Shown here piece after piece: positions 27,290-36,616 of a stretch of DNA of 64,000 nt. The translations under genes and the position numbers were made by a program. The DNA lies in sequence record LC778249.1; one strand, written 5' to 3'. The notes below the pieces were generated by a model, which was not told the DNA's origin, did no database searches, and worked only from the letters and a program-made list of their open reading frames with translations. Numbering within the stretch: position 1 is the stretch's first letter; each line of letters opens with the position of its first letter.

Positions 27290-27577
27290 ATGACCAACGA
27301 AAAGAAGCAAAAGAAAGCCAAAGTAGAATTCAACGTAAACGTTCATGCCGAGAGTCTGGCAGCACTGATCGATGAAGCAGAAGGCCATCTGACCCAGATC
27401 GCGAGCTTCCAAGAAATGATCAAAGAGATCAAGACTCGGGCTAAAGAAGAAATGGGCGTTGAAGGTAAAGACTTTGGCAAGCTGCTCAAGATTCGTCATA
27501 AGCGCGAGCGTGACCAGGCAGAAGCTGAGGCAGAAGGCATTTTTGAGCTGTATGACGCTACTTTCCCGAGCAAGTAA
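27290..27577 (+). CDS. dsbA: dsDNA-binding protein DsbA
   Basis: IKEIKTRAKEEMGVEGKDF.KLLKI.HK; syntenic. Confidence 0.85.
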   Translation: MTNEKKQKKAKVEFNVNVHAESLAALIDEAEGHLTQIASFQEMIKEIKTRAKEEMGVEGKDFGKLLKIRHKRERDQAEAEAEGIFELYDATFPSK

Positions 27578-27819
27578 TGGAAAAGAAGACTGAAATTAGC
27601 AAGATCGATTTCAGCTTGATGGTCGAAGCGAGATCCAGGGATCTGGGTCTCTCTTTAATCGAATCTTGTCTTGAAGTCGCGGAAGAGTTGGATATTGAGC
27701 CGATGGATATTCCTCGTTTAATTTATCCAGCACTTAAAGACAAAATGGAGCAAGAAGGCATCGAAAACAGGACAATTAAACCTGATAATAATGCTACTCT
27801 TGATTTTCTGGGCGCATGA
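27577..27819 (+). CDS. 33: late transcription coactivator gp33
   Basis: LSLIESCLEVAEELDIE...LKDKMEQEGIE..TLDF. Confidence 0.85.
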   Translation: MEKKTEISKIDFSLMVEARSRDLGLSLIESCLEVAEELDIEPMDIPRLIYPALKDKMEQEGIENRTIKPDNNATLDFLGA

Positions 27820-28466
27820 TTGAACTTATATTACCACCCAAGCCAAAAATGACTGTCAATGGTATTAGTGTATATCGTCTATTTCTGACGCTGAAAAATC
27901 ACTTTGCCGGTAAATATGACATCGTGAAATATCAGTGGACACCTATTCGGGCAACCGAACAAAGTTTCGTCAAACACCGCAGTCGTGCTATATTCGAAAG
28001 ATTAGCCACAAAGTTTACTCTCGGTGAACTCGCTGCTATTATGACTGTGAACTTTGCAGCGAACCCTGACGCATGGGGTGGTGATATAGCCAACGCTGAT
28101 GCCGTGACTTTTTATAGAACTGCGCTTGGACGCTATGAGCAAATGAGCACAGTTTTTAAAGAAGAAGTGGAACAAATGTTCTATTTCGCCCGTAAGAAGA
28201 ATATGAAGTTCAAGGAACTAATATATTCAACTAATGGGCAACCCTGGATATTCAAGTTCGTTCAAACTGGTACAATCAGTTATGAAACAATGATAATTCT
28301 CGATGCGTTGTTTAATTTCGTCGATAGTTATGATAAACTTGATGACCATGTGTGGGCAAATGGATATGCTTCTCGAATTAAGGCATATCGTATGCTGACA
28401 CACATAAATAAAGAGCAAGCGAAAGCCTGCTTTATTGAAATCGCAAATCAAAATAAACTGTCTTAA
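27816..28466 (+). CDS. 59: helicase loader gp59
   Basis: SVYRLFLTLKNHFAGKYDIVKY; syntenic. Confidence 0.92.
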   Translation: MIELILPPKPKMTVNGISVYRLFLTLKNHFAGKYDIVKYQWTPIRATEQSFVKHRSRAIFERLATKFTLGELAAIMTVNFAANPDAWGGDIANADAVTFYRTALGRYEQMSTVFKEEVEQMFYFARKKNMKFKELIYSTNGQPWIFKFVQTGTISYETMIILDALFNFVDSYDKLDDHVWANGYASRIKAYRMLTHINKEQAKACFIEIANQNKLS

Positions 28467-28486
28467 ACTGTATAAGGAAAACTGTA

Positions 28487-29392
28487 ATGTCTATTTTCAA
28501 ACGTCGTGACCCGTCCCAACTGCAACAACAACTGGCTTCTTTCTCCGCTAAGAAAGGTTTTGAATCTGATGGCGCTGAGTGGAAACTGGTACAAGACAAG
28601 CAAGGCAACGGCGCCGCTGTTATCCGCTTCCTGCCTGCTAAAGGTGACGATGCAACCACTTTCGTTAAGCTCGTAAATCACGGCTTCCAACGCAATGGCA
28701 AGTGGTATATCGAGAACTGCTCCAGTACCCACGGTGATTATGATTCTTGCCCTGCTTGTCAGTGGATCAAAGAACAGAACTGGGATTACAACAACGAAGC
28801 AGACAAGAAAGCTATGTACGCTTCTGGCGTAACTCGTAAAGTCGCTTTCTGGGCTAACATTCTCGTTATCAAAGATCCGGCTAATCCGGAAAACGAAGGC
28901 AAAGTATTCAAGTTCCGCTTCGGCAAGAAGATCATGGACAAGATTCAAGCCGAGGTAGACGTTAACACTGATCTTGGCGAAGAGCCGTGCGACGTTACTT
29001 GCCCGTTCGAAGGTAAGAACTTCACTATCAAGATCAAGAAAGTTGGCGGCAACAACAACTATGATGACTCCGCATTCGGTAAAGTTTCTCAACTGCCGAA
29101 CATCGAAGATGAAGCTTATCAAGCTCAATTGTTCGAACAAATGCACGACATCATGAGTCTGGTCGCCAAAGACAAATTCAAGTCTTTCGAAGATCTGAGC
29201 ACTGCGTTTAATCGCATCATGGGTGCTGAGAAGCGTTCCGCTGGTCGTGCTACCGATGATTTTGAGCGTCAAATGCAACAGTTCGACGAGCCGCAGACTC
29301 CGGCAGAAAAAGCTGCCGACGACGATGTTCCGTTCACTCCAAGCACCGTAGGTCTGGATGCTGAACTCGACAGCCTGCTGGACGAAATCTAA
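28487..29392 (+). CDS. 32: single-stranded DNA-binding protein gp32
   Basis: GNGAAVIRFLP, WYIENCSSTHGDYDSCPAC, acidic tail. Confidence 0.96.
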   Translation: MSIFKRRDPSQLQQQLASFSAKKGFESDGAEWKLVQDKQGNGAAVIRFLPAKGDDATTFVKLVNHGFQRNGKWYIENCSSTHGDYDSCPACQWIKEQNWDYNNEADKKAMYASGVTRKVAFWANILVIKDPANPENEGKVFKFRFGKKIMDKIQAEVDVNTDLGEEPCDVTCPFEGKNFTIKIKKVGGNNNYDDSAFGKVSQLPNIEDEAYQAQLFEQMHDIMSLVAKDKFKSFEDLSTAFNRIMGAEKRSAGRATDDFERQMQQFDEPQTPAEKAADDDVPFTPSTVGLDAELDSLLDEI

Positions 29393-29398
29393 TCAAAC

Positions 29399-29423
29399 AA
29401 AGGCTCCTTCGGGAGCCTTTTTT
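29399..29423 (+). terminator. intrinsic terminator
   Basis: AAAGGCTCC-TTCG-GGAGCCTTTTTT. Confidence 0.9.
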
Positions 29424-29446
29424 ATTAGTGAGACAAGGAGAAAACA

Positions 29447-29971
29447 ATGATCAAAGCTGTGTTTGCAACTGGTAAGAATGGTGAGTTCGGTAACAAGGGA
29501 GAACTTCCATGGGGTCACTGCAAAGAAGATATGAAGCATTTCATGAAGACTACCGCTGGTGCATGTCTTGTAATGGGTGCTAAAACATTCATGAGTCTGC
29601 CGTCTGCATTAAAGAACAGAACTAACGTGGTGATTAGCTCGCAAAACGACACCAACCGCGTGGTAGCGAAGAACGGAGATAGACCAGATATGTTCATGCA
29701 TGGTGATGTTTGCCAAGCGTTGGACGAGCTTAGAAACACTTATGACAATATATGTGTTATTGGCGGGATGACTGTGTTGAAGGAAGCGATTGACAAATGC
29801 GACGAAGTGGCGCATACTGTGATCCTCAATGACGATGAATTCGAATGCGACGTTAGAGCGGATGAAGAATTCACAAATAAACTGATGACCGATTTCTGGG
29901 TGTATGATATGACATACCTAGAAGACGTTGCCATTGCTTATAAACTAATGAGGAATAAAAATGTCGTATAA
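29447..29971 (+). CDS. frd: dihydrofolate reductase
   Basis: GEFGNKGELPWG..KEDM..F..T..VMGAKTF.SLP..R.NVV; VIGG. Confidence 0.92.
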   Translation: MIKAVFATGKNGEFGNKGELPWGHCKEDMKHFMKTTAGACLVMGAKTFMSLPSALKNRTNVVISSQNDTNRVVAKNGDRPDMFMHGDVCQALDELRNTYDNICVIGGMTVLKEAIDKCDEVAHTVILNDDEFECDVRADEEFTNKLMTDFWVYDMTYLEDVAIAYKLMRNKNVV

Positions 29972-30446
29972 CTACGATCTTTCCCAAAAGCCCACGTTTC
30001 AAATGTTGATGGGCAACTGCCAATCTCTGAATGCTCTGGATCCGTGCATTAAAGTTCTGGGGTATCGATCCGACTACAAGAAAAAGCGTAATTGGGCGAT
30101 CATGATTGCTCATAATGGTCAATTGATGACTGGTTACTATGGCTGGTTGAAATACCGTCCAGCGGCTACCGATCGTTCTGCTCACTACGTTTTCAAAACT
30201 GTTGTGACTATTGCTGATGTATATCGTGGTCAAAGTGGATTCCAAATCGGTCTGAAAACTGCATCTGGTTTTGAAATTGAGACTGGTGCAACTGGTACTC
30301 TAGAAATCATGAAGCGTCTGGCAGATCAAACTCTGGTGGGCAACGCGAGTGGTGAATTCGAGCTGACATTTACCGTTGAGAAAAAAGGCGAAAACGCTTA
30401 TATCGAGCCGTATTTCGGTGATATTATTCCGCTGGAGAGCGTTTAA
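29961..30446 (+). CDS. hypothetical protein (paralog of the next gene)
   Basis: GAGG SD; alignable with 30447-30899. Confidence 0.75.
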   Translation: MSYNYDLSQKPTFQMLMGNCQSLNALDPCIKVLGYRSDYKKKRNWAIMIAHNGQLMTGYYGWLKYRPAATDRSAHYVFKTVVTIADVYRGQSGFQIGLKTASGFEIETGATGTLEIMKRLADQTLVGNASGEFELTFTVEKKGENAYIEPYFGDIIPLESV

Positions 30447-30899
30447 ATGTTTATTAGTTCAGACGACGCTGATAAAATCAATCCCGCAATCAAGGTTCAT
30501 GGCATCCGCAAGGATGCCAAACAAAGACGTTGGTTTGTGACTGAATATGATGGAGTCCCGCAGACCGGAGAATCATATTGTAATGGTTCATATGGCGAAG
30601 AGCCTAAGCCGACCAAGAACGGACATTTTGTGTACCGTGCTCAAATCAAGATTGGTCGCATTCTCTCGAACTATAACGGATCAGCTTATTACATCGATGG
30701 TAGTATTCTGGCTAACGGCAGAGATTATAAAATCCAGATTGGTACAAACTCATTTCCCAAGCTGATGAAAGGTATTCTTGAAAATACGATTACCGTTATC
30801 GATGCGAAAGAAATGGTTGTTGAATTCGATTTCATTTTAGAAAAATACGGTCGTTATGTGATGGCCGAAATTGTAGAGGATATTTCTGAATGGCTATAA
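30447..30899 (+). CDS. hypothetical protein (paralog of the previous gene)
   Basis: GGAG SD, directly coupled. Confidence 0.75.
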   Translation: MFISSDDADKINPAIKVHGIRKDAKQRRWFVTEYDGVPQTGESYCNGSYGEEPKPTKNGHFVYRAQIKIGRILSNYNGSAYYIDGSILANGRDYKIQIGTNSFPKLMKGILENTITVIDAKEMVVEFDFILEKYGRYVMAEIVEDISEWL

Positions 30900-31189
30900 A
30901 CATTCAAGAGCTAATGGAAAAAGATCCTGAGAATATGAATCAGGAAGAACTAAACGCGCTGTTCTTTTATCTGTTCGAGAATATGAGCGATAAGATTGAA
31001 AGTCAGAGTCAGACCATCAAGGTCATTAATCAGCGTTTGCAGGAAGCGTCTGATGTGTTCAAGATGCACGAAACCTGTATCACCGAATTGCAAAGTGCAA
31101 TCATCGAACTGCGGAAACAGCTTGACGTAATTAAGGGCGCTGGTGAATCCGGTGGCTCACGTTCAGAAGGTGGTATTCTGCTGCTATGA
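30890..31189 (+). CDS. hypothetical coiled-coil protein
   Basis: GAGG SD; overlaps neighbours. Confidence 0.7.
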   Translation: MAINIQELMEKDPENMNQEELNALFFYLFENMSDKIESQSQTIKVINQRLQEASDVFKMHETCITELQSAIIELRKQLDVIKGAGESGGSRSEGGILLL

Positions 31190-32019
31190 AGAACTATCAG
31201 GATTTGATGTTAGATATCCTGACTCATGGCGTTGACGAAATGGACAGAACGGGTGTTGGTACCCGTTCCGTTATCGGTCGCATGATTCAGTTTAATATGG
31301 CTGACGGTTTCCCTGCTACTACAACTAAGACGCTTGCGTGGAAAGCTGTTCGAGGCGAGCTGTTGTGGTTCATGAACGGGTTTACTAACGTCGAAACTCT
31401 GCGTACTATGACCTATGGTGTTGGATCATCTACCAAAACGATTTGGGACGATAATTTCAATAATCAAGGGGTAGCACTGGGTTATACCGATGGTGAGCTT
31501 GGTCCTGTTTATGGACATCAATGGCGCGATTTTAACGGGGTCGATCAACTCGCTAAAGCAATCGAACGAATTAAGACTAATCCAGAATGTCGTCGTAATA
31601 TCGTCAGTGCTTGGAATCCGGTTGACTTGCCTCATATGGCACTGCCGCCGTGTCACGTTCTGTTCCGATTCAGTGTGAAAGCTGGACGTCTGAATTTGAC
31701 TTGGTATCAGCGAAGTGTTGACACCTTCCTTGGATTAGCGTTTAATATCGCTAGTTATGGTTTACTGCTTGAAATCGTTGCAAAGATCACTGGTTATAAA
31801 GCTGGTTTGCTGACAGGCATGTTGGATGATGTCCACGTGTATAACAACCACTTTGAACAAGTGCGCGAACAACTGAGCCGTGAGCCTTACGAATTGCCAA
31901 AACTGGTGTTCAAAAAAGACTTTACAACTCTGGAAGAAGCGTGTAATCTCACAGTCGATGATATTCAACTAGAGGATTACAAGTGCCATCCAGCAATCAA
32001 AGCTCCTATGGCCGTGTAA
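31186..32019 (+). CDS. td: thymidylate synthase (intron-less)
   Basis: DRTGVGT, LGPVYGHQWR, MALPPCH, YQRSVD, FNIASY; continuous ORF. Confidence 0.97.
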   Translation: MKNYQDLMLDILTHGVDEMDRTGVGTRSVIGRMIQFNMADGFPATTTKTLAWKAVRGELLWFMNGFTNVETLRTMTYGVGSSTKTIWDDNFNNQGVALGYTDGELGPVYGHQWRDFNGVDQLAKAIERIKTNPECRRNIVSAWNPVDLPHMALPPCHVLFRFSVKAGRLNLTWYQRSVDTFLGLAFNIASYGLLLEIVAKITGYKAGLLTGMLDDVHVYNNHFEQVREQLSREPYELPKLVFKKDFTTLEEACNLTVDDIQLEDYKCHPAIKAPMAV

Positions 32020-32480
32020 TTTATCTTGACATCGATGGGGTATTGAACTCATATTCTGAGCTAGACACCCTAATCAGGATGGACAAACGAGTGATTCGGT
32101 TGTGTGGTAAAGTTGATTGGGTTTATATCCCGATGCTCGAACGACTGCACCGAATCATCCGTGAGACTAACGCGAAGGTCGTTGGCATTAGCTCTTGGTT
32201 CAAAGTCGGCGACGACATGAGAACACAAAAGATTGCTAATTGTCTTGACATCGAAATCGCGGATGTGATAGATTACACTGGCGGCGGAGTTCATCGAGTA
32301 AAATCGGTTATCCGTCATATCGAGAAACATGGCATTACCGATTTCGTTGTATTAGACGACATCGGAGAATTTGCTAATTATCCAGAGACGGAAAGTCGGC
32401 ACGTTCAACCGAAACGTTACGGTCTGACTGAAAATCTCATGGAGAAAGCAATCTATGTGCTATGTGGTGAACAAATATAA
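31983..32480 (+). CDS. HAD phosphatase (Swiss-army-knife RNA-repair type)
   Basis: IYLDIDGVLNS, ISSW, FVVLDD; GTG start with AGAGGA SD inside td. Confidence 0.75.
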   Translation: MPSSNQSSYGRVIYLDIDGVLNSYSELDTLIRMDKRVIRLCGKVDWVYIPMLERLHRIIRETNAKVVGISSWFKVGDDMRTQKIANCLDIEIADVIDYTGGGVHRVKSVIRHIEKHGITDFVVLDDIGEFANYPETESRHVQPKRYGLTENLMEKAIYVLCGEQI

Positions 32481-32739
32481 AACGGATTTCGATATCGACA
32501 TCCAGCGCGGTACAATCTGGGGAAACCCACACAAAGATGGTAGTCGAGCTGAAAATATCGAAAAGTTCAAAAATCACTTGCGTAATGAAATCAGATCTGG
32601 TAACATTACAAAAGAAATGCTGTTATCCCTACATGGAAAGCGATTAGGATGTACCTGCTCACCACTTCCTTGTCACGGAGAAGTAATAGCGACACTGGTC
32701 AATAAGTTGGCTGGGACATATACCGGACTTGACATATGA
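32455..32739 (+). CDS. DUF4326-like protein
   Basis: IQRGTIWGNP...LHGKRLGCTCSPLPCHGEV. Confidence 0.8.
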   Translation: MCYVVNKYKTDFDIDIQRGTIWGNPHKDGSRAENIEKFKNHLRNEIRSGNITKEMLLSLHGKRLGCTCSPLPCHGEVIATLVNKLAGTYTGLDI

Positions 32740-33173
32740 ATGAACTGTCACGATTCGGGTTCAAAAAGTTGTGCGATCTGCGGCTTGATGATAGCGGTAA
32801 AATATCTCGCGATTTCGTTAAGCCCAGACAACTAATATTTGTTTTGTATGCTTTCGTTGTCAACTCGGAAGTCAAGTATATTGGCAAGTCGAATGACTTA
32901 TGGAAGCGATTTGACACTTATCGCAACTCCAAAAACTGGAAGAATGCGTTTGTGTCAAATCAAATCAAAACAGATCTGTTAGAAAAAACGATTGTAAAAA
33001 GCGGCGTTGAACTCTATGTAAAAGAATGTCCGACGATATTCATCGGAAGAAACGCCACCCCAATAACCGTAACATCAATGCACTTAGAAGAACCCCGAGT
33101 TATCAAGCATTTTAACCCTGAATGGAATAAACATTATGCAAAGTATCAAAGAACTGTATCAAAATCTGGTTAA
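32736..33173 (+). CDS. denA: endonuclease II (GIY-YIG)
   Basis: LYAF...KYIGKS..L.KR...Y; EEP..IK.FNPEWN; upstream of rnlA. Confidence 0.88.
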   Translation: MNELSRFGFKKLCDLRLDDSGKISRDFVKPRQLIFVLYAFVVNSEVKYIGKSNDLWKRFDTYRNSKNWKNAFVSNQIKTDLLEKTIVKSGVELYVKECPTIFIGRNATPITVTSMHLEEPRVIKHFNPEWNKHYAKYQRTVSKSG

Positions 33174-34293
33174 CCTGTGTGTTGACGACAACACCAAATT
33201 CTTTTTCTCCGAGACCGTGACCTCCCTCGGTACTAAAGTTCGAATTTTCGATTATCACGTTGCCGGATATAACGATTGGATTCGTCCAGACGCAATGGCT
33301 TGTCGTGGCATCATGTTCGAAATGAACGGCGAAATTCCGGTTCGTATCATGAGTCGTCCGATGGACAAATTCTTCAACTACAGCGAAGTTATCGGCTGGG
33401 AAAAGCTAGAAACTCACGGCAACATGAAAATGCCAGATCTGAGCAAGATCAAGTTTGTTATCGACAAGCGCGACGGCTCTCTGATCAGCACTTTCATGGA
33501 CGTTGATAATCTGCTTCTCAAGTCCAAAGGCTCCATTCGCAGCAATCAAGCCAATGATGCCAGCGTTTGGCTGTATCAAGACGATCAAGCAGATCTGCTG
33601 GAATTCTGCCGTGCTTATGCGAAAGAAGGTTTCACTGTCAACATGGAGTGGACTGCACCGCATAACCAAATCGTTCTGTGCTATACCGATCATCAACTGC
33701 GCATTCTGAACATCCGTCACAACGAAACCGGCGAATACGTTGATTTTGCCGAACTGCAAAAAGACAGTGTGTTCCGCAAATATGCTGCTGATTTCTATGA
33801 AGTTCCGCAAGATGGTGCCGAGTGGATCAAGAACGTTTACGGCATGACTGGTATCGAAGGTTACGTGGTAGTTATGGAAGATTACCAAATGTTCAAGCTG
33901 AAAACCGACTGGTATGTCGCTCTGCATCATACCAAAGACAGCATCAATGACAGCAAGCGCCTGATTTCTGCTTGTGCTGAAAACGCCACCGATGACCTGC
34001 GTCAAATGTTCCGAGACGATCCGAACAGTCTGGCAAAAATCGAAGTGTTTGATGCCAAGTTCCGTGATGTCGTTAGCTCTGCAATGCAGGCACTGACCAA
34101 CGCTTATTCGAAGTATAAGGCACTGGAGCGTCGCGAGTATGCCATCAGCATGACCAATGAATTCAAGAACGAGCGTCACTGGTTCAACATCGCCATGCAG
34201 ATGTTCAGCACTCGTCCTGATTTCAGTCTGGCAGATGAAATCGTGGCTGTTATCAAGAAGTATCCAGAGAAATTCGTACCGCAAGGTTACTAA
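33136..34293 (+). CDS. rnlA: RNA ligase 1 / tail fibre attachment
   Basis: CRGIMFE, PMDKFFN, KRDGSLI, EGYV..KLKTDWY. Confidence 0.95.
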   Translation: MQSIKELYQNLVNLCVDDNTKFFFSETVTSLGTKVRIFDYHVAGYNDWIRPDAMACRGIMFEMNGEIPVRIMSRPMDKFFNYSEVIGWEKLETHGNMKMPDLSKIKFVIDKRDGSLISTFMDVDNLLLKSKGSIRSNQANDASVWLYQDDQADLLEFCRAYAKEGFTVNMEWTAPHNQIVLCYTDHQLRILNIRHNETGEYVDFAELQKDSVFRKYAADFYEVPQDGAEWIKNVYGMTGIEGYVVVMEDYQMFKLKTDWYVALHHTKDSINDSKRLISACAENATDDLRQMFRDDPNSLAKIEVFDAKFRDVVSSAMQALTNAYSKYKALERREYAISMTNEFKNERHWFNIAMQMFSTRPDFSLADEIVAVIKKYPEKFVPQGY

Positions 34294-34388
34294 TCAAGAA
34301 TCCCGCTTCGGCGGGATTTTTTTTTTCAAAAGTGCTTGCGTCTTGGTTTCTACCTGCTATTATGACCACATCGAAACGAAACACTGAG
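34291..34388 (+). repeat. terminator plus early promoter cassette, copy 1
   Basis: TAATCAAGAATCCCGC-TTCG-GCGGGAT(T)10CAAAAGTGCTTGC..TATTAT..CCACATCGAAACGAAACACTGAG; near-identical to 39370-39466. Confidence 0.9.
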
Positions 34389-34391
34389 GAA

Positions 34392-34727
34392 ATGATTATG
34401 AACATGTACGGCCCAACTGGTTATCGTCCAATGTACTTCGGTCTGAGCAACTGTGAGCGTTTCGACCACAACGGTCGCGAAACTGCGATTCGTACTGGTA
34501 AAGGTTGTGCATCAGTCAAGACTCTGGTAAAGAAAGCTCTCAAGAAAGGTGAGTTTCCTTTCTCCGAAAAAGCTAATCTGTGTCTGAACAACGAAGAAAT
34601 CAAGTTCAACGACATGGTAGAAGGTCAAGAATTCGGTATGACTCTGCGAGTTGGCAAGAACGATATTCGTGTTTGTGCTGATGTATGTGATGGTATCCTG
34701 CGTATCGACATCATCCGCGTAGGCTAA
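34392..34727 (+). CDS. hypothetical early protein
   Basis: GAGGA SD after the cassette. Confidence 0.75.
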   Translation: MIMNMYGPTGYRPMYFGLSNCERFDHNGRETAIRTGKGCASVKTLVKKALKKGEFPFSEKANLCLNNEEIKFNDMVEGQEFGMTLRVGKNDIRVCADVCDGILRIDIIRVG

Positions 34728-34773
34728 TAACTTTAGAGGGCCGAGGGCTTCGGCCCTCAATTTGGAGAAAATC

Positions 34774-35031
34774 ATGATTACAGCAAACGAAGCCAGAATT
34801 CAACAAGCTGGCAACAATCACGAAATGATAGAACGGAATATGAAAGAAATTGAGGATCGTATCAAGATCGCAATTCGTTCTAATAAAACCACAACAACCC
34901 ATTATATTAATGGAATGGCAAATGCGGTTGCTGTTGCGTCCCGCGTGAAAGAATATGGTTATTCTGTAAACAATAAACCAAGTCAAGATCCCCGTGATGG
35001 AGATCTTATCGTGATGACAATCGGGTGGTAA
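34774..35031 (+). CDS. hypothetical protein (paralog of the next gene)
   Basis: GGAG SD; MITANEAR..EYGYSV..DPRDG..I.W. Confidence 0.7.
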   Translation: MITANEARIQQAGNNHEMIERNMKEIEDRIKIAIRSNKTTTTHYINGMANAVAVASRVKEYGYSVNNKPSQDPRDGDLIVMTIGW

Positions 35032-35035
35032 CAAA

Positions 35036-35290
35036 ATGATCAATGCAAGTCAAGCAAGAGAAAATCTGAAATTCGACCGTGCTATTCGTCTGACAGAAGC
35101 AATCAAAAAGGTCGGCAAGCTGATCGAACAGACGTCGGTAGGCGGGAAACGTGAGTGCTATTTCTACGATTTTAAACAAGACATCGAACACGAATTGATT
35201 ATGGAAATCAAGCGTCACGATTACAATGTTTCTGTGCATCGTGCAGACGTTCGAGATCAACACGGTGATTATCTGAAAATTTCTTTTTAA
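35036..35290 (+). CDS. hypothetical protein
   Basis: MINASQAR..HDYNV..DQHGDY.KISF. Confidence 0.7.
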   Translation: MINASQARENLKFDRAIRLTEAIKKVGKLIEQTSVGGKRECYFYDFKQDIEHELIMEIKRHDYNVSVHRADVRDQHGDYLKISF

Positions 35291-35307
35291 AAAGTTTGAA
35301 AAAGTAG

Positions 35308-35345
35308 TTGACGTGGTCCTAGTACCTGTTATTATGACCACATCA
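35308..35345 (+). promoter_or_regulatory. early promoter
   Basis: TTGACG-16-TATTAT with TGn; ACCACATC leader shared with the cassettes. Confidence 0.8.
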
Positions 35346-35384
35346 AGACGAAACAGTCTTCCAAACAAAACTGAGGAATACATC

Positions 35385-35642
35385 ATGAAAAACGTTCAAA
35401 TCCAAGCTTATGTTTCTGTAGTTCGCAAGCAAGTTACCAAAGCTCAAGTCGCCCGTGACATGGATGTATCTCCTCGTACCATCGGTCGCTGGGTAGAACA
35501 AGGCCGCGAAGCTGTTAAAGCTCAAATCGCCGCCGATCTGGAAAAGAAGTTCGCTGACATCAAGCGTGGTACCAAGAAAGTGATGTTCGTTGGCACCAAG
35601 CCGAGCACTGTAACCCGTCGTCAAAACAAAAAGGCAGCATAA
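35385..35642 (+). CDS. HTH DNA-binding protein
   Basis: TKAQVARDMDVSPRTIGRWV. Confidence 0.75.
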   Translation: MKNVQIQAYVSVVRKQVTKAQVARDMDVSPRTIGRWVEQGREAVKAQIAADLEKKFADIKRGTKKVMFVGTKPSTVTRRQNKKAA

Positions 35643-35869
35643 TGTACGTCCAAATATCTTACGGCGTCGTCGTCAGTATCCATAGCAAACTGTGTGGAAT
35701 GAGTCGAGCACAATGGGACACATTAGAAAACAAAAATCGAATGAAAATGGAATCGCTGAAAACTAAGCTATCCTCTTTCATCCGTATGTGCAAACTCACA
35801 ACCGATACAAACAGCACATATCCGATAATCACAGATGATCTGGAACTGATTGTCGAGGTATTGAAATGA
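35642..35869 (+). CDS. hypothetical protein
   Basis: TAATG coupling. Confidence 0.65.
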   Translation: MYVQISYGVVVSIHSKLCGMSRAQWDTLENKNRMKMESLKTKLSSFIRMCKLTTDTNSTYPIITDDLELIVEVLK

Positions 35870-36138
35870 TAGTTGACATCAAAAACGCGGAGAGTATAAT
35901 CCACGTAATCGGTCAAGTTCGCTGGCATGAAAATCAAGGCTCAACATTGTGGAATAACGCCGCGAATGAAATTTTCCACATGGGAATGTTGTCAGATCGA
36001 GTTCTCAAGCCGTTTGTTGAATTAACAAAAAAGATGGGCACAACTTTGATGGGAGACTCAACAAGTCGAGTTAACATCGATGACATGTTCGTACCATTTA
36101 TCCTTAATGCATACCGTTTCTTGGAGCAAGCAAAATGA
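35866..36138 (+). CDS. hypothetical protein
   Basis: GAGGT SD; contains an internal promoter TTGACA-16-TATAAT at 35873-35900. Confidence 0.6.
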   Translation: MIVDIKNAESIIHVIGQVRWHENQGSTLWNNAANEIFHMGMLSDRVLKPFVELTKKMGTTLMGDSTSRVNIDDMFVPFILNAYRFLEQAK

Positions 36139-36389
36139 TTCGTCTAGACTATAAAGCCGCTGAAAAAATGCGTGAGATTATCTTTCGTATGCTCGCAGAC
36201 CCGGATAGTGTTCAAGTCCTCGGTGGTCTGATCCAATTCACAATCGAACGTGTTGATAACAGACTGAAACGGTTCTGTAACATGGTAGACATGCTGGATA
36301 TCAACTATGATACCGCAAGCACAGTCGAAATCGACGATGATCATGCCTCTGCAATCATGCATATGTTGGAAACAGGACGTTGGCAATGA
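36135..36389 (+). CDS. hypothetical protein
   Basis: GGAG SD, ATGA coupling. Confidence 0.7.
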   Translation: MIRLDYKAAEKMREIIFRMLADPDSVQVLGGLIQFTIERVDNRLKRFCNMVDMLDINYDTASTVEIDDDHASAIMHMLETGRWQ

Positions 36390-36616
36390 TTCAGTTTACA
36401 TATGACGAAGCGTATAAGCTGCGATATGATCTCAACGAGTCGGCAAAGATAAACGACCCAGCACTCCAACAAGATGTTCGATATATTCTGAGGAGAGACA
36501 TTGACAACTATGTTATCATGTGTCAGACTCTACCAATGAAAACTAACCCGACTCTTATCATCGAAGATAAGTGGGCGGTCAAGTTGACTGAATTCTACAA
36601 AATGAGGAAAAACTGA
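36386..36616 (+). CDS. hypothetical protein
   Basis: AGGA SD, ATGA coupling. Confidence 0.7.
   Translation: MIQFTYDEAYKLRYDLNESAKINDPALQQDVRYILRRDIDNYVIMCQTLPMKTNPTLIIEDKWAVKLTEFYKMRKN

Noticed and set aside
31186-32019. Group I intron in td
   Set aside because: ORF is continuous and of normal length
34736-34763. Alternative hairpins as a riboswitch-like element
   Set aside because: Short and most simply a weak terminator containing an internal duplication
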